Shown here: positions 30,049 to 38,273 of the stretch, one piece after another
Numbering within the stretch: position 1 is the first letter of the stretch
Layout of the letters: the number at the start of each line of letters is the position of its first letter
Source of the DNA: a virus
UHGV virus genome: UHGV-0319989
Length of the DNA stretch: 38,413 nt
Reading direction: 5' to 3' (one strand)
The notes under the pieces: generated by a model
The model's database searches: none
What the model saw: only the letters and a program-made list of their open reading frames with translations
What the model was told of the DNA's origin: nothing
Made by a program: the position numbers and the translations under genes

Positions 30049-31271
30049 ATGATTTTAGTATAATAGTTAATCTGTATAGATTATCAAGCTATCCTCATTT
30101 TGACGGGGCTAAGTTTTCTGCGCGTATAGCTTATAAGGCAGACGTAAAATCATTGTTCAAAAGAATTTTGAACCCTACTTTTCAAGCTGGTACAGCTGAC
30201 GAAATAGAGGTGGATGGTCATTTAATTTATGATTATGAAGACTTTCCTGAAAAGGGAAATTTTCTTACATACTCGTTTAAAATTTCACAAGGAAGTGCGA
30301 ATCGTTTTTATAAAAATAAAAACGAGTTTGTAAAAATAAACACGCTCAAGAAAGGCATAATGCCAGAGTATTTCTATATTATAGAGGATGATTTCTATTC
30401 ATTAGAAACACCAAAACCTTCTTATATCCAAAAAATTGAGGACATTTGTGAGCTAATCAATGCTCTTTCCATGCTTGCTCATTTCCATGATATAAAAAAA
30501 GATAGCAAAGGTACATTTTATCGTTTAGTCTTTATTTTAAACTCAGAGTCTAAATCTTCTTCTGCTGTAATTGAAACAAATATTACAGAAGAAATTTTTA
30601 ATGATAAAACAGTAAATACTCAGTTAGTTAAAACATTAGTAAGTAGTGAAGCTACTACTGATGCCCATCACATTGAAAAGATTAACACTTTCAGAAACAC
30701 AGTTATTGAGTATGTTAATAAAAATGGAAATTCCTTTGTCGAGTTAATTAACAAGTGGGATTTCATATGCGAACTTTATACGAACAACTTAGCTGCTTAT
30801 ATGTCGGCATTTTCTTTTCATAAAGCAAGGAAAGAAGTTGTTGATGCTGAACTCGATTACTCAGAAAAACTGTCAAAAATAATTTCAGAAATTTCTAACA
30901 AAGCTCTTGCAATACCTATTTCACTAGCTGGTTCAATTGCTATTTTCAAATTAACAACAAAAACTGATTGGATTATTGCTTTAATTGGATTGATTATCAC
31001 AGCAATAATAACATCTGCAATGATTGTGTCACAAAAAAAACAACTCGCTCGTATTTCACACTCTAAAGAAATACTTTTTGGACAATTAAGATATAGAATA
31101 AAGGATGACACCAGCGATCTTAAAGAGAGCTTAGAAGAGGCTATTAAAAAATTAAATGACAATGAGGATTTTTGTCATAAGGTGCTTGACAGTTTATTAT
31201 CACTAGCATGGATGCCTACATTCATAGGCATCATCGGTATTTTATTTAAATTAATGCCAAATATTACTTGA
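30045..31271 (+). CDS. Hypothetical protein with three C-terminal transmembrane helices (candidate membrane effector)
   Basis: 408 aa; ATGA start/stop overlap with the upstream gene; predicted TM segments ALAIPISLAGSIAIFKL, WIIALIGLIITAIITSAMIV, TFIGIIGILFKLM; no recognisable catalytic motif. AT-rich. Confidence 0.6.
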   Translation: MNDFSIIVNLYRLSSYPHFDGAKFSARIAYKADVKSLFKRILNPTFQAGTADEIEVDGHLIYDYEDFPEKGNFLTYSFKISQGSANRFYKNKNEFVKINTLKKGIMPEYFYIIEDDFYSLETPKPSYIQKIEDICELINALSMLAHFHDIKKDSKGTFYRLVFILNSESKSSSAVIETNITEEIFNDKTVNTQLVKTLVSSEATTDAHHIEKINTFRNTVIEYVNKNGNSFVELINKWDFICELYTNNLAAYMSAFSFHKARKEVVDAELDYSEKLSKIISEISNKALAIPISLAGSIAIFKLTTKTDWIIALIGLIITAIITSAMIVSQKKQLARISHSKEILFGQLRYRIKDDTSDLKESLEEAIKKLNDNEDFCHKVLDSLLSLAWMPTFIGIIGILFKLMPNIT

Positions 31272-31623
31272 GCATGTACATAACCCCATTAATGAAACCT
31301 AACGCAGTCTGCAATTGCTTCCGGATTGTTCCATCTGAGCATCTGCGTCTCTTCGCAATAGAACGCAGTGAAATACCTATAACGAAGTGAGCAATGATCA
31401 GCTCATATTCGTCTGGTTTATACTTACACAGGCGGGCAACACAGCCGTCTATCATGATGCCTTCATCATCATCACACTGAAGGCGTATTTTTTTACCATG
31501 AGGTAAAAGCCCCTTAAAGCCTGCTGCTATCGGCTGCCAGTCCACACCACTGTTATCTGCTGCAGCCCACGCTCCCCAGCGGTCTAAAACTTCATACATA
31601 TCACGCATCAACTTTCTCCACAA
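31264..31623 (-). CDS. Late-gene antiterminator Q (QuuD / phage 82-type)
   Basis: MRDMYEVLDRWGAWAA...WQPIAAGFKGLLP...CDDDEGIMIDGCVARL resembles the E. coli QuuD family. Start may be the internal ATG at 31608. Confidence 0.75.
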   Translation of the reverse strand: MWRKLMRDMYEVLDRWGAWAAADNSGVDWQPIAAGFKGLLPHGKKIRLQCDDDEGIMIDGCVARLCKYKPDEYELIIAHFVIGISLRSIAKRRRCSDGTIRKQLQTALGFINGVMYMLK

Positions 31624-31625
31624 AA

Positions 31626-32621
31626 TCAGGCCAGCACGCCAATTGCCAGCGCACGATCGATAAAACGAAATATCAGCTCCAGCTGGGAGCCATACTTCTC
31701 TTCAAATGCCACGGTATCCGCATGCAGCTCGTCGTGATGCTTTCTGCACAAAGGCAACACAAAGAGGTCATGCGCTTTTGTACCCATCCCGCCCTGACCG
31801 TGGCCTATCAGGTGGTGGGGATCATCAGCAGGCTTTCCACAACATGCACACGGCTGCGTCTTAACCCAGCGCGTGTACTTTTCGTTAACCCAGCGGCGAC
31901 GTTTTGGGCGTAACATAAAAGACTCCGGCGACTCCGGATCCACTTTCAGCGCCAGCACCTTTTTCGCTTTATCCTGGATGATGCTGGTGGCAGGAACCGA
32001 AGGCACAAGGTCACTTTCCCGGGTGACAGACGGCACAACAGGCTTCGGTAATCTCAGTGCCTTAAGGGCTGCACTTTCCGGTAAGGCATCCGCCAGGTCA
32101 TTACGAACCAGCCACCAGCACAGTTCCGGCATTGTCACAACGTGACTATCATCAAAACCGAGATCCCGACGCACGACAGACAACACCCAGCGGGCACAGT
32201 TATCCGTTGCCATTGATTCCAGCCGTTCCGTGAATTGATCGCGCAGCTGGTTATCGCAGTGCCAGCACAGACGGATTGCGCCCGGCGCGTGTCGCATTGT
32301 GGTCATGTTCTCGCTGTGCCAGTCGGAATGAGGCCATTGGCAGCCTTTTTCACGAAGTAACCAGCTTTCAAGACATTCCACCCCACCAGCACGACGGATC
32401 ACTGCCTCATTGCGGAACACGGCCCGAACGGCAGGATCATCCGCCAGCGGTTGTGATGCCGCCGGAACGGCACCACTGGCGAAAGATGAATAACGTTCCG
32501 GCTCAGGCTCCAGCAGGACACGCCCCTGCATAAACAGGGGCATCAGCTCTGAACCTGGCCTGAACAATACGATCCCCATACGCGGGGCAATTTCAGGGGT
32601 CAGTAGTGCTCTCACGGTCAC
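31626..32621 (-). CDS. nin-region protein with C-terminal Cys/His cluster (possibly DUF968-like)
   Basis: 331 aa; C-terminus ...QPCACCGKPADDPHHLIGHG...HDLFVLPLCRKHHDELH; located just upstream of Q. Confidence 0.5.
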   Translation of the reverse strand: MTVRALLTPEIAPRMGIVLFRPGSELMPLFMQGRVLLEPEPERYSSFASGAVPAASQPLADDPAVRAVFRNEAVIRRAGGVECLESWLLREKGCQWPHSDWHSENMTTMRHAPGAIRLCWHCDNQLRDQFTERLESMATDNCARWVLSVVRRDLGFDDSHVVTMPELCWWLVRNDLADALPESAALKALRLPKPVVPSVTRESDLVPSVPATSIIQDKAKKVLALKVDPESPESFMLRPKRRRWVNEKYTRWVKTQPCACCGKPADDPHHLIGHGQGGMGTKAHDLFVLPLCRKHHDELHADTVAFEEKYGSQLELIFRFIDRALAIGVLA

Positions 32622-32622
32622 C

Positions 32623-33465
32623 TCAATGAACGGTATCGAGCAGCTTTAACAGCTCAGGGAATCGGGATTCGAAGAAATGCGGCTGCGTCTCGCGCGGATT
32701 TGCGGGACTGGTGATGTTCTTGCCGAACATGCAGCCTTTCGCTGTCAGCGACCAGAATTTTTTGATGTTGTTAATCGCGGTACGGCTGTATCGTTCGCGC
32801 TGCTCGACGATCCCCAGCTTCACCATCTGGTGATATGCCTGATTAGCCGTCAGGCAGATACCATACTGTTTCAGCAGTGCACTCAGTGACAGTGTCGGGC
32901 GACTTGAGCCATCGTGTGCATCAGCAGGAGCATCAATGGCATAGCGCGGTGCCAGATTCGGTAAGCCAACAGCCTCCTGGAGTTTCTGACAGGCACCAAG
33001 CACAGATGAGTTAGACAGGTTTAACTCCCGACGCATAAAGTCCAGCAGAATCACACCAGCCTGCATCTTGTCAGCAGCCTGTCCGGATAATTTTTCCGGT
33101 GCGCTGGTTACCATGTCGAAAGTACGGATCACCTTCAGATGGAATGACGGGCTGATCCACATTGCATAGGCATACACCAGTTCCTTGCAGACATAAGTTC
33201 CCCGTTCATTTCCCCCATGAATCACACTCACCGGGTCAACACCCAAATTCTGGGTGTTGGTCAATTCATGAACAAGTTCAACAGTTTGTTGGCTGGAAAG
33301 AAACTTTCCTGGCTCCTTGGTTCTGGCATTTGCACCAGATGCTACTGCTGCGCGATGCAGATCGTTCAGGCTGTAACGCCCATAAGCATCACGACGAACT
33401 TCAATACCATCAATGACCATCAGATTATTCATACTTCGTTTCTCCTCTTGCTCAGGCGGCTGCAC
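32623..33465 (-). CDS. KilA-N domain protein
   Basis: N-terminus MVIDGIEVRRDAYGRYSLNDLHRA...VCKELVYAYAMWISPSFHLKVIRTFD fits the KilA-N pattern; C-terminal domain unassigned. Confidence 0.55.
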   Translation of the reverse strand: MQPPEQEEKRSMNNLMVIDGIEVRRDAYGRYSLNDLHRAAVASGANARTKEPGKFLSSQQTVELVHELTNTQNLGVDPVSVIHGGNERGTYVCKELVYAYAMWISPSFHLKVIRTFDMVTSAPEKLSGQAADKMQAGVILLDFMRRELNLSNSSVLGACQKLQEAVGLPNLAPRYAIDAPADAHDGSSRPTLSLSALLKQYGICLTANQAYHQMVKLGIVEQRERYSRTAINNIKKFWSLTAKGCMFGKNITSPANPRETQPHFFESRFPELLKLLDTVH

Positions 33466-33841
33466 CCGCCGTTTTCTCGTACTTACTGATAGTGATCTCG
33501 ACCTTCCCTTCCGGGATAACCGGTCCCCACTCCACCAGCATTCTTTTCACCTGGCTGTCGTCTTCCCACACACCCACGTGGGTCAGAACGTCAAACAGCG
33601 CCTTGTTATAGTTGTCCAGATCGCGGATCCGGTTATCCGGAGGAAACAACACGATCTCCACTGAAGCAGGTGCCGACGTTGGTTTTGGCAGACGACGTAA
33701 CTGCTCAACTATTGCTGCACACGCCGCGCTCTGGAATTTTCGCCCCGCCGCGCTTATCAGGCTCTTACCTGCAAGCGCCCCTTTATTGGGGTGTCGCCAG
33801 TACGTGTTCACGCTGGGCGGAAAAGGCAGAATCAGCTTCAT
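33452..33841 (-). CDS. rusA: Holliday-junction resolvase RusA
   Basis: 129 aa; ...LPFPPSVNTYWRH...DLDNYNKALFDVLTHVGVWEDDSQV... matches the RusA signature. Confidence 0.85.
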   Translation of the reverse strand: MKLILPFPPSVNTYWRHPNKGALAGKSLISAAGRKFQSAACAAIVEQLRRLPKPTSAPASVEIVLFPPDNRIRDLDNYNKALFDVLTHVGVWEDDSQVKRMLVEWGPVIPEGKVEITISKYEKTAGAAA

Positions 33842-34164
33842 ACTTTCAGGCCCCTCTCATGTAACCAGTGGGCTGCACGCAGCCTGGCGTTTTCCTCACC
33901 GGCAAGCAGTGAGCGGATAATCCCGACCGCCTCGCTGTCGTCGTCCTTCACCGCGGTATGAAGCGTTATCCCCCGGGCCACGCCACGCTTTATCGTGATG
34001 ACGCCTTTTTTCTCCAGCGCACGAAGATGCTCCACCGCTGCATTCACCGAACGGTATCCCAGCATGGTTGCCACCTCCTGATTGGTTGGCGGGAAACCAC
34101 GTTCTTTCTGATAAGAAATCAGCATATCCAGCACCTGCTGCTGGCATTGAGTTAACGTCGTCAT
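33838..34164 (-). CDS. LexA N-terminal-type winged-helix DNA-binding protein (no peptidase domain)
   Basis: LTQCQQQVLDMLISYQKERGFPPTNQEVATMLGYRSVNAAVEHLRALEKKGVITI aligns closely with the LexA DNA-binding domain; ORF ends after ~108 aa. Confidence 0.7.
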   Translation of the reverse strand: MTTLTQCQQQVLDMLISYQKERGFPPTNQEVATMLGYRSVNAAVEHLRALEKKGVITIKRGVARGITLHTAVKDDDSEAVGIIRSLLAGEENARLRAAHWLHERGLKV

Positions 34165-34814
34165 GCCGCCATCTCCCTGACCAGTTTTTCCGCCTGCTGA
34201 CGAACCTGCTCCAGAAACGCCTCACCACATGCCTCAAGTTCATCGCGCCCGATGTAGCTGATTGCCGCTCCCTTCCAGGTCTTATCGAAAACAGCAATAG
34301 CACCAGCGAAGAACGCTCCTGTCGGCACCTGCTTCTCGTCCTTCGGGATAAACCAGGCAGGCAGTTCAAAACCAATACGCCCGCGAATAAAAGCAATATG
34401 ATCTGCATCTTCCGGCCACCACACTTCGCTGGTGGCAGCTTTGATCAGGAAAACATAGCGCCCGCCCTTATCACGCATGGCACTGGCATGCTTCATGATG
34501 TAACGCATGCCGGTGATGTATTGCCCCTCATGCTGACTGGCGCGGCTGTATGGGGGATTACCAAAGGCAGCACCTTTTAGCTCCGCAAGACGTTCTGACC
34601 AGTCATGCGCCAGCGCGTTGTCTTCCGCCGTGTAATACGCAGCACATTTGGCGTTATCACCGTCAGTGAACAGATCCAGAACAAACGGGCCAAACAGGGT
34701 GTTAATTCCCCAGAAAATGTTATCCGGCGTGCGCCACTGATCGCCCACTTCCTTCAGTTCATGGGCTGGTTTGTTCCGCAGTTCGACCAGCGCCTGGCAA
34801 TATTTATTACTCAT
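34161..34814 (-). CDS. Phage Dam-type N6-adenine DNA methyltransferase
   Basis: GNPPY motif (AAFGNPPYSRA); TAATG overlap with the upstream gene supports the start at 34814. Confidence 0.8.
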   Translation of the reverse strand: MSNKYCQALVELRNKPAHELKEVGDQWRTPDNIFWGINTLFGPFVLDLFTDGDNAKCAAYYTAEDNALAHDWSERLAELKGAAFGNPPYSRASQHEGQYITGMRYIMKHASAMRDKGGRYVFLIKAATSEVWWPEDADHIAFIRGRIGFELPAWFIPKDEKQVPTGAFFAGAIAVFDKTWKGAAISYIGRDELEACGEAFLEQVRQQAEKLVREMAA

Positions 34815-35308
34815 TAAGCCCCCACGTAATTCCCTGACAGATACCACTCATCACCAGGTACAGCGCGCTTGCTGCTTTTCCGTAAACACCGCTCACGACG
34901 CGCAAGAAAATTGTTTCGCTCTGGCTGGGAGTGGCTTTCACGGAATGCCGCCATCCACACCGTTGCAGCACGACGGTATAAGCCCCTGGACTCCAGTTCT
35001 TCCGCCTGGCGGGTCAGGCACAAAATCACCCGGGGATCGTTAGTGCCGACATAGAAATTGCGCACAGGTCTGGTTTCACGAACTGGTTGTGGTTCCGGCT
35101 CCTGCGCTCTCTCAGTCAGGCGTGGGAAATGTCTGCGTGTATCTCCTTCACAACGGTGAGCCACACGCCCACTCTGACGTAACTTGCTTGCTGACTGCAG
35201 AACGCGCTGCCGTGAGTAACCTGCAAAAGCATCCGCAATGTCTCCGGAAGTACACCCCGGATGGGCTTCAATGAATTTCTGAACTTCATTCAAAAGACTC
35301 ATGATCAC
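34814..35308 (-). CDS. Hypothetical regulatory protein, possible PerC-like C-terminal motif
   Basis: 164 aa; ...LESRGLYRRAATVWMAAF... resembles the PerC/Pch motif (recalled, not searched); ATGA overlap with the replication gene. Confidence 0.4.
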   Translation of the reverse strand: MIMSLLNEVQKFIEAHPGCTSGDIADAFAGYSRQRVLQSASKLRQSGRVAHRCEGDTRRHFPRLTERAQEPEPQPVRETRPVRNFYVGTNDPRVILCLTRQAEELESRGLYRRAATVWMAAFRESHSQPERNNFLARRERCLRKSSKRAVPGDEWYLSGNYVGA

Positions 35309-36246
35309 CCCCTGAATCCTGCCGGGATCTGGCTGTAGTCCACGTTGTCGTAACTGGCTTTGAAGTACGGGTCTTCGCGTTTTTCTGTGTACGTGCTGAC
35401 GGACGGCGATAAGCGCAGGGAAAGCTCATCCCATTTTTCCCGCAGCTTCGACGGGCTGAGCACGTTACGGCACCAGAACGGATCGCGGCTGACGCGGCTG
35501 TACATCTCGCAGATTTGTTTGTGAGTACGACCATCCTGCACACACATCAGGCGAATTTCGTTTGCCCAGGCTGTCCAGTTCGGTTCTTTGGGACGAACCA
35601 CCTCGCCGTCACATTCGGCAGCCTGCTCGTACAGGGCGATGATTTTTTTCCAGAGCCACTGTGCGCAGGTCAAATCATCCTGCGTCCCCCACTGGCGCTT
35701 TTTAGGGCTGAATACAACCGCATCAGGATGGCGAGTTAAAAAATCCTGTTCAGCCGTCTGCGTGTCCGGTTGCGAAGCGTCCGGACGAGAAGGTTTTTTA
35801 TCTGACGGATCATGTTTTGATTTTACTGACGGATCCCCGCCAGATTCTGACGGGTGAAAACCCGCTTTTTTGCCAGATTTCGACGCATCAAATTTTGACG
35901 GGTCAGATTTTGATGCGTCAGATTTTGACGGGTCAGAATCTGACAGTTGAGAAAATGCCGCTGCCTGAAGCTTCGCAACGTTAAGCTGATAAACATTCGA
36001 CGCATTGCGGTTACCCTGGCGACGCGCCTTACGCGTTAACCAGCCTTCTGCTTCCAGCCGTGCGATAGCCGTTCTGACGGTACTCATCCCCGCGCCAATC
36101 TGACGGGCAATGGTTTCAATTGATGGCCAGCACACACCTTCGTCATTACTGAAATCAGCCAGGCGGGCCATAATTGCCACGCTGGATAATTTCATGCCTG
36201 ATGCAGCGCAACCATCCCATACATAGCCGGTTAATTTAGTGCTCAT
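35305..36246 (-). CDS. Replication initiator (lambda O-like), origin iterons inside the gene
   Basis: N-terminal HTH-like region, internal repeated peptide DPSKSDASKSDPSKFDASKSG encoded by the iteron array, distinct C-terminal domain; position after the cro/cII-like genes. Confidence 0.65.
   Translation of the reverse strand: MSTKLTGYVWDGCAASGMKLSSVAIMARLADFSNDEGVCWPSIETIARQIGAGMSTVRTAIARLEAEGWLTRKARRQGNRNASNVYQLNVAKLQAAAFSQLSDSDPSKSDASKSDPSKFDASKSGKKAGFHPSESGGDPSVKSKHDPSDKKPSRPDASQPDTQTAEQDFLTRHPDAVVFSPKKRQWGTQDDLTCAQWLWKKIIALYEQAAECDGEVVRPKEPNWTAWANEIRLMCVQDGRTHKQICEMYSRVSRDPFWCRNVLSPSKLREKWDELSLRLSPSVSTYTEKREDPYFKASYDNVDYSQIPAGFRG
35808..35946. repeat. Putative replication-origin iteron array
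   Basis: Roughly eight tandem 15-16-bp direct repeats with core GATTTTGACGGGTC (variants GATTCTGACGG, GATTTTGATGCGTC) inside the O-like gene, as in lambda ori. Confidence 0.6.
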
Positions 36247-36255
36247 GACCGACCT

Positions 36256-36594
36256 CTATTTCCCTGAATTTACAACGAAACTGTTCGAGCGGGCTGAAGC
36301 ACTCATGCTCATAGCCTTCACGGAGGTAGATAACCCGTTGTGTTTCCGGCTCCCAACGAATGACTCTGACGGGCACTCCGTAGTGATCTTTGAACCAGCG
36401 GTTAACTTGTCGCAAAGGACTGTCTCCTTCTGCCGGTTGAAATCACCCACAGCCCACTCTGCAAAGCTGTGGGTTACAATTTCCCTGTCACCTGGTACAT
36501 TTACTGCATAGCAATACTCCACCTTCGCTTTTCCACCCGGTACAGGAAGCGCAATCAGTTGCGAGCGACGGTAGTGTGTTGTTAAACTGTTCAT
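36256..36594 (-). CDS. Hypothetical ORF, coding frame uncertain
   Basis: 112-aa ORF whose 3' half is Ser-rich and low-complexity; an alternative TTG-initiated 59-aa ORF (36236-36415, AAGGAG SD) in another frame reads more protein-like. Confidence 0.3.
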   Translation of the reverse strand: MNSLTTHYRRSQLIALPVPGGKAKVEYCYAVNVPGDREIVTHSFAEWAVGDFNRQKETVLCDKLTAGSKITTECPSESFVGSRKHNGLSTSVKAMSMSASARSNSFVVNSGK

Positions 36595-37154
36595 GCGTTA
36601 GTTTCTCCACAGTCACGACACGCCACGGCGCCCGGAGCTGCACACTCGCGGGCGTCACTACTTTCTGAAACGCAAAAGATTTTGTAGACCAGTGCTGCAT
36701 GCTCCTGCAGCTTCGAAATTGAGAGGTACAGCTCATCGTTAATTGCTGTCTTCTCATGCGGTTCCACTACACCGTCTTCAATTGCTGAACGAATCTGTTT
36801 TGAATAACTGCCGATCTGTTCAATGACTTCCAGCAGGCGTTGGTTGATATCGGCGTTGTCCACATCCTCCACGTCAGGAAGAGACACAAAGACGCCATTT
36901 GCAGACTGCGCCACAGCATCAGCAATGAAGTGAGTGCCACCAGCACGCTGTAAAACCATTGCCCATCCCAGCGGGAAAATCTGATCGCCATCTGCACGAA
37001 GGCGGTTGAATAAAGCGTTTTCTGTTACATCGAGCCAGTCAGCCGCTTCAGCGTAACCACCCGGCAACGCCGCGATAGTTTTTCTGACAGCTTTCACGTA
37101 CCACTCAGGCTGTTTTTCTATTTTCCAGTGATGCTTACCCACGGTTAGCCTCAT
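36591..37154 (-). CDS. CII-like regulatory protein (YdaT-type)
   Basis: 187 aa directly downstream of the cro-like gene; N-terminal region ...[34 protein letters not shown]... is HTH-like. Confidence 0.45.
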   Translation of the reverse strand: MRLTVGKHHWKIEKQPEWYVKAVRKTIAALPGGYAEAADWLDVTENALFNRLRADGDQIFPLGWAMVLQRAGGTHFIADAVAQSANGVFVSLPDVEDVDNADINQRLLEVIEQIGSYSKQIRSAIEDGVVEPHEKTAINDELYLSISKLQEHAALVYKIFCVSESSDARECAAPGAVACRDCGETNA

Positions 37155-37185
37155 CGTTCTGTGGTTAAAAATTGAAAGTGTTCTG

Positions 37186-37386
37186 CTAATCTTTCGGATA
37201 GATATCCGGTCTTAAGTCAGATTTCGTAATTGCACCTGACGTGCATTGCTCAAGTTTTTTAGCCAGTACAAAACTGGCTTTTTTATAGCCATTGAAAACC
37301 AGCCGTAAGTAGCCAGGTGTTGAGCCAACTTTTCCGGCCAACTCGCCCTGCTGTTCTTTGGTTAAAGAGTCCCAATACGCTTTCAT
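37186..37386 (-). CDS. cro: Cro-like repressor (YdaS/Cro-type HTH)
   Basis: 66 aa MKAYWDSLTKEQQGELAGKVGSTPGYLRLVFNGYKK...ITKSDLRPDIYPKD; divergent from the cI-like gene across an operator region. The ORF-track start at 37689 would cross the operator and the cI start. Confidence 0.6.
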   Translation of the reverse strand: MKAYWDSLTKEQQGELAGKVGSTPGYLRLVFNGYKKASFVLAKKLEQCTSGAITKSDLRPDIYPKD

Positions 37387-37391
37387 ACAAT

Positions 37392-37461
37392 ATGTACCTC
37401 CGGTGTACATATTACATGATTGAAATGAACCTTCAAGATACTTGTACCTTAACGGTACAAG
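37392..37461. promoter_or_regulatory. Immunity operator region: two 19-bp operator-like palindromes between cro and cI
   Basis: ATGTACCTCCGGTGTACAT (37392-37410) and TTGTACCTTAACGGTACAA (37443-37461, perfect 8-bp arms CTTGTACC/GGTACAAG). A third related site lies at 38197-38215. Confidence 0.6.
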
Positions 37462-37476
37462 GGTTTTAATTTCGTT

Positions 37477-38151
37477 ATGAAAACAATCCATGACATCCGG
37501 CGGTCTAACGCCAGAAAACTGAGAGATGGTGTTGGCGGGAATTCTTCCTTTGCCACTATGATTGATCGCGAGCCAACCCAGACCAGCAGGTTTATGGGAG
37601 ATGGTGCTACTAAAAATATCGGTGACAGCATGGCACGACACATCGAAAAATGTTTCGACCTGCCTGTCGGATGGCTCGATCAAGAACACCAGACAACGAA
37701 CATCACAAAAAAACCTGATGTTTCAATCACTAATAAACAAATCACATTAGTCCCTGTCATATCATGGGTACAGGCCGGAGCATGGAAAGAAGTTGGATAT
37801 TCTGAGGTTGATTTGAGCACAGCAGAAACGTATCCCTGCCCTGTACCCTGTGGGGAAATGACTTATATCTTGCGGGTGATAGGTGATTCAATGATTGATG
37901 AGTACCGCCCGGGAGACATGATTTTTGTCGATCCTGAAGTACCTGCCTGCCACGGTGACGACGTTATTGCATTGATGCACGATACAGGCGAAACCACCTT
38001 CAAAAGGTTGATAGAAGATGGGACACAGCGTTATCTCAAAGCGTTAAACCCAAACTGGCCTGAGCCTTACATTAAGATCAACGGTAATTGCTCTATAATT
38101 GGTACAGTGATTTTCTCAGGAAAACCAAGAAGATACAAAATCAAAGCCTAA
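37477..38151 (+). CDS. cI: CI-like prophage repressor with LexA/S24 autopeptidase domain
   Basis: N-terminal HTH-like region; C-terminal S24 domain with VIGDSM (catalytic Ser) and downstream Lys; weak SD, consistent with a leaderless PRM-type transcript. Confidence 0.75.
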   Translation: MKTIHDIRRSNARKLRDGVGGNSSFATMIDREPTQTSRFMGDGATKNIGDSMARHIEKCFDLPVGWLDQEHQTTNITKKPDVSITNKQITLVPVISWVQAGAWKEVGYSEVDLSTAETYPCPVPCGEMTYILRVIGDSMIDEYRPGDMIFVDPEVPACHGDDVIALMHDTGETTFKRLIEDGTQRYLKALNPNWPEPYIKINGNCSIIGTVIFSGKPRRYKIKA

Positions 38152-38163
38152 TCAATGTTTATG

Positions 38164-38187
38164 AACCTGCTTCGGCAGGTTTTTTTA
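38164..38187 (+). terminator. Rho-independent terminator after cI
   Basis: AACCTGC-TTCG-GCAGGTT followed by TTTTTTT, 13 bp after the cI stop. Confidence 0.75.
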
Positions 38188-38190
38188 TAC

Positions 38191-38218
38191 TTGACAATGT
38201 ACCTTTGAGATACATAAT
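38191..38218 (+). promoter_or_regulatory. PL-like early promoter with overlapping operator
   Basis: TTGACA (38191-38196), 16-bp spacer, CATAAT (38213-38218); the spacer is the operator-like 19-mer ATGTACCTTTGAGATACAT. Confidence 0.55.
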
Positions 38219-38273
38219 GTACCCAAGCGAAACAACGAACAGGCAGGACGCCCACGAAGTAGCCGCCTGGGGC

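Noticed and set aside
36591-37386. YdaS/YdaT-like pair considered as a toxin-antitoxin module
   Set aside because: Position (divergent from the CI-like repressor, upstream of the replication gene) and the operator-bearing intergenic region fit Cro and CII-like regulators better than a TA pair.
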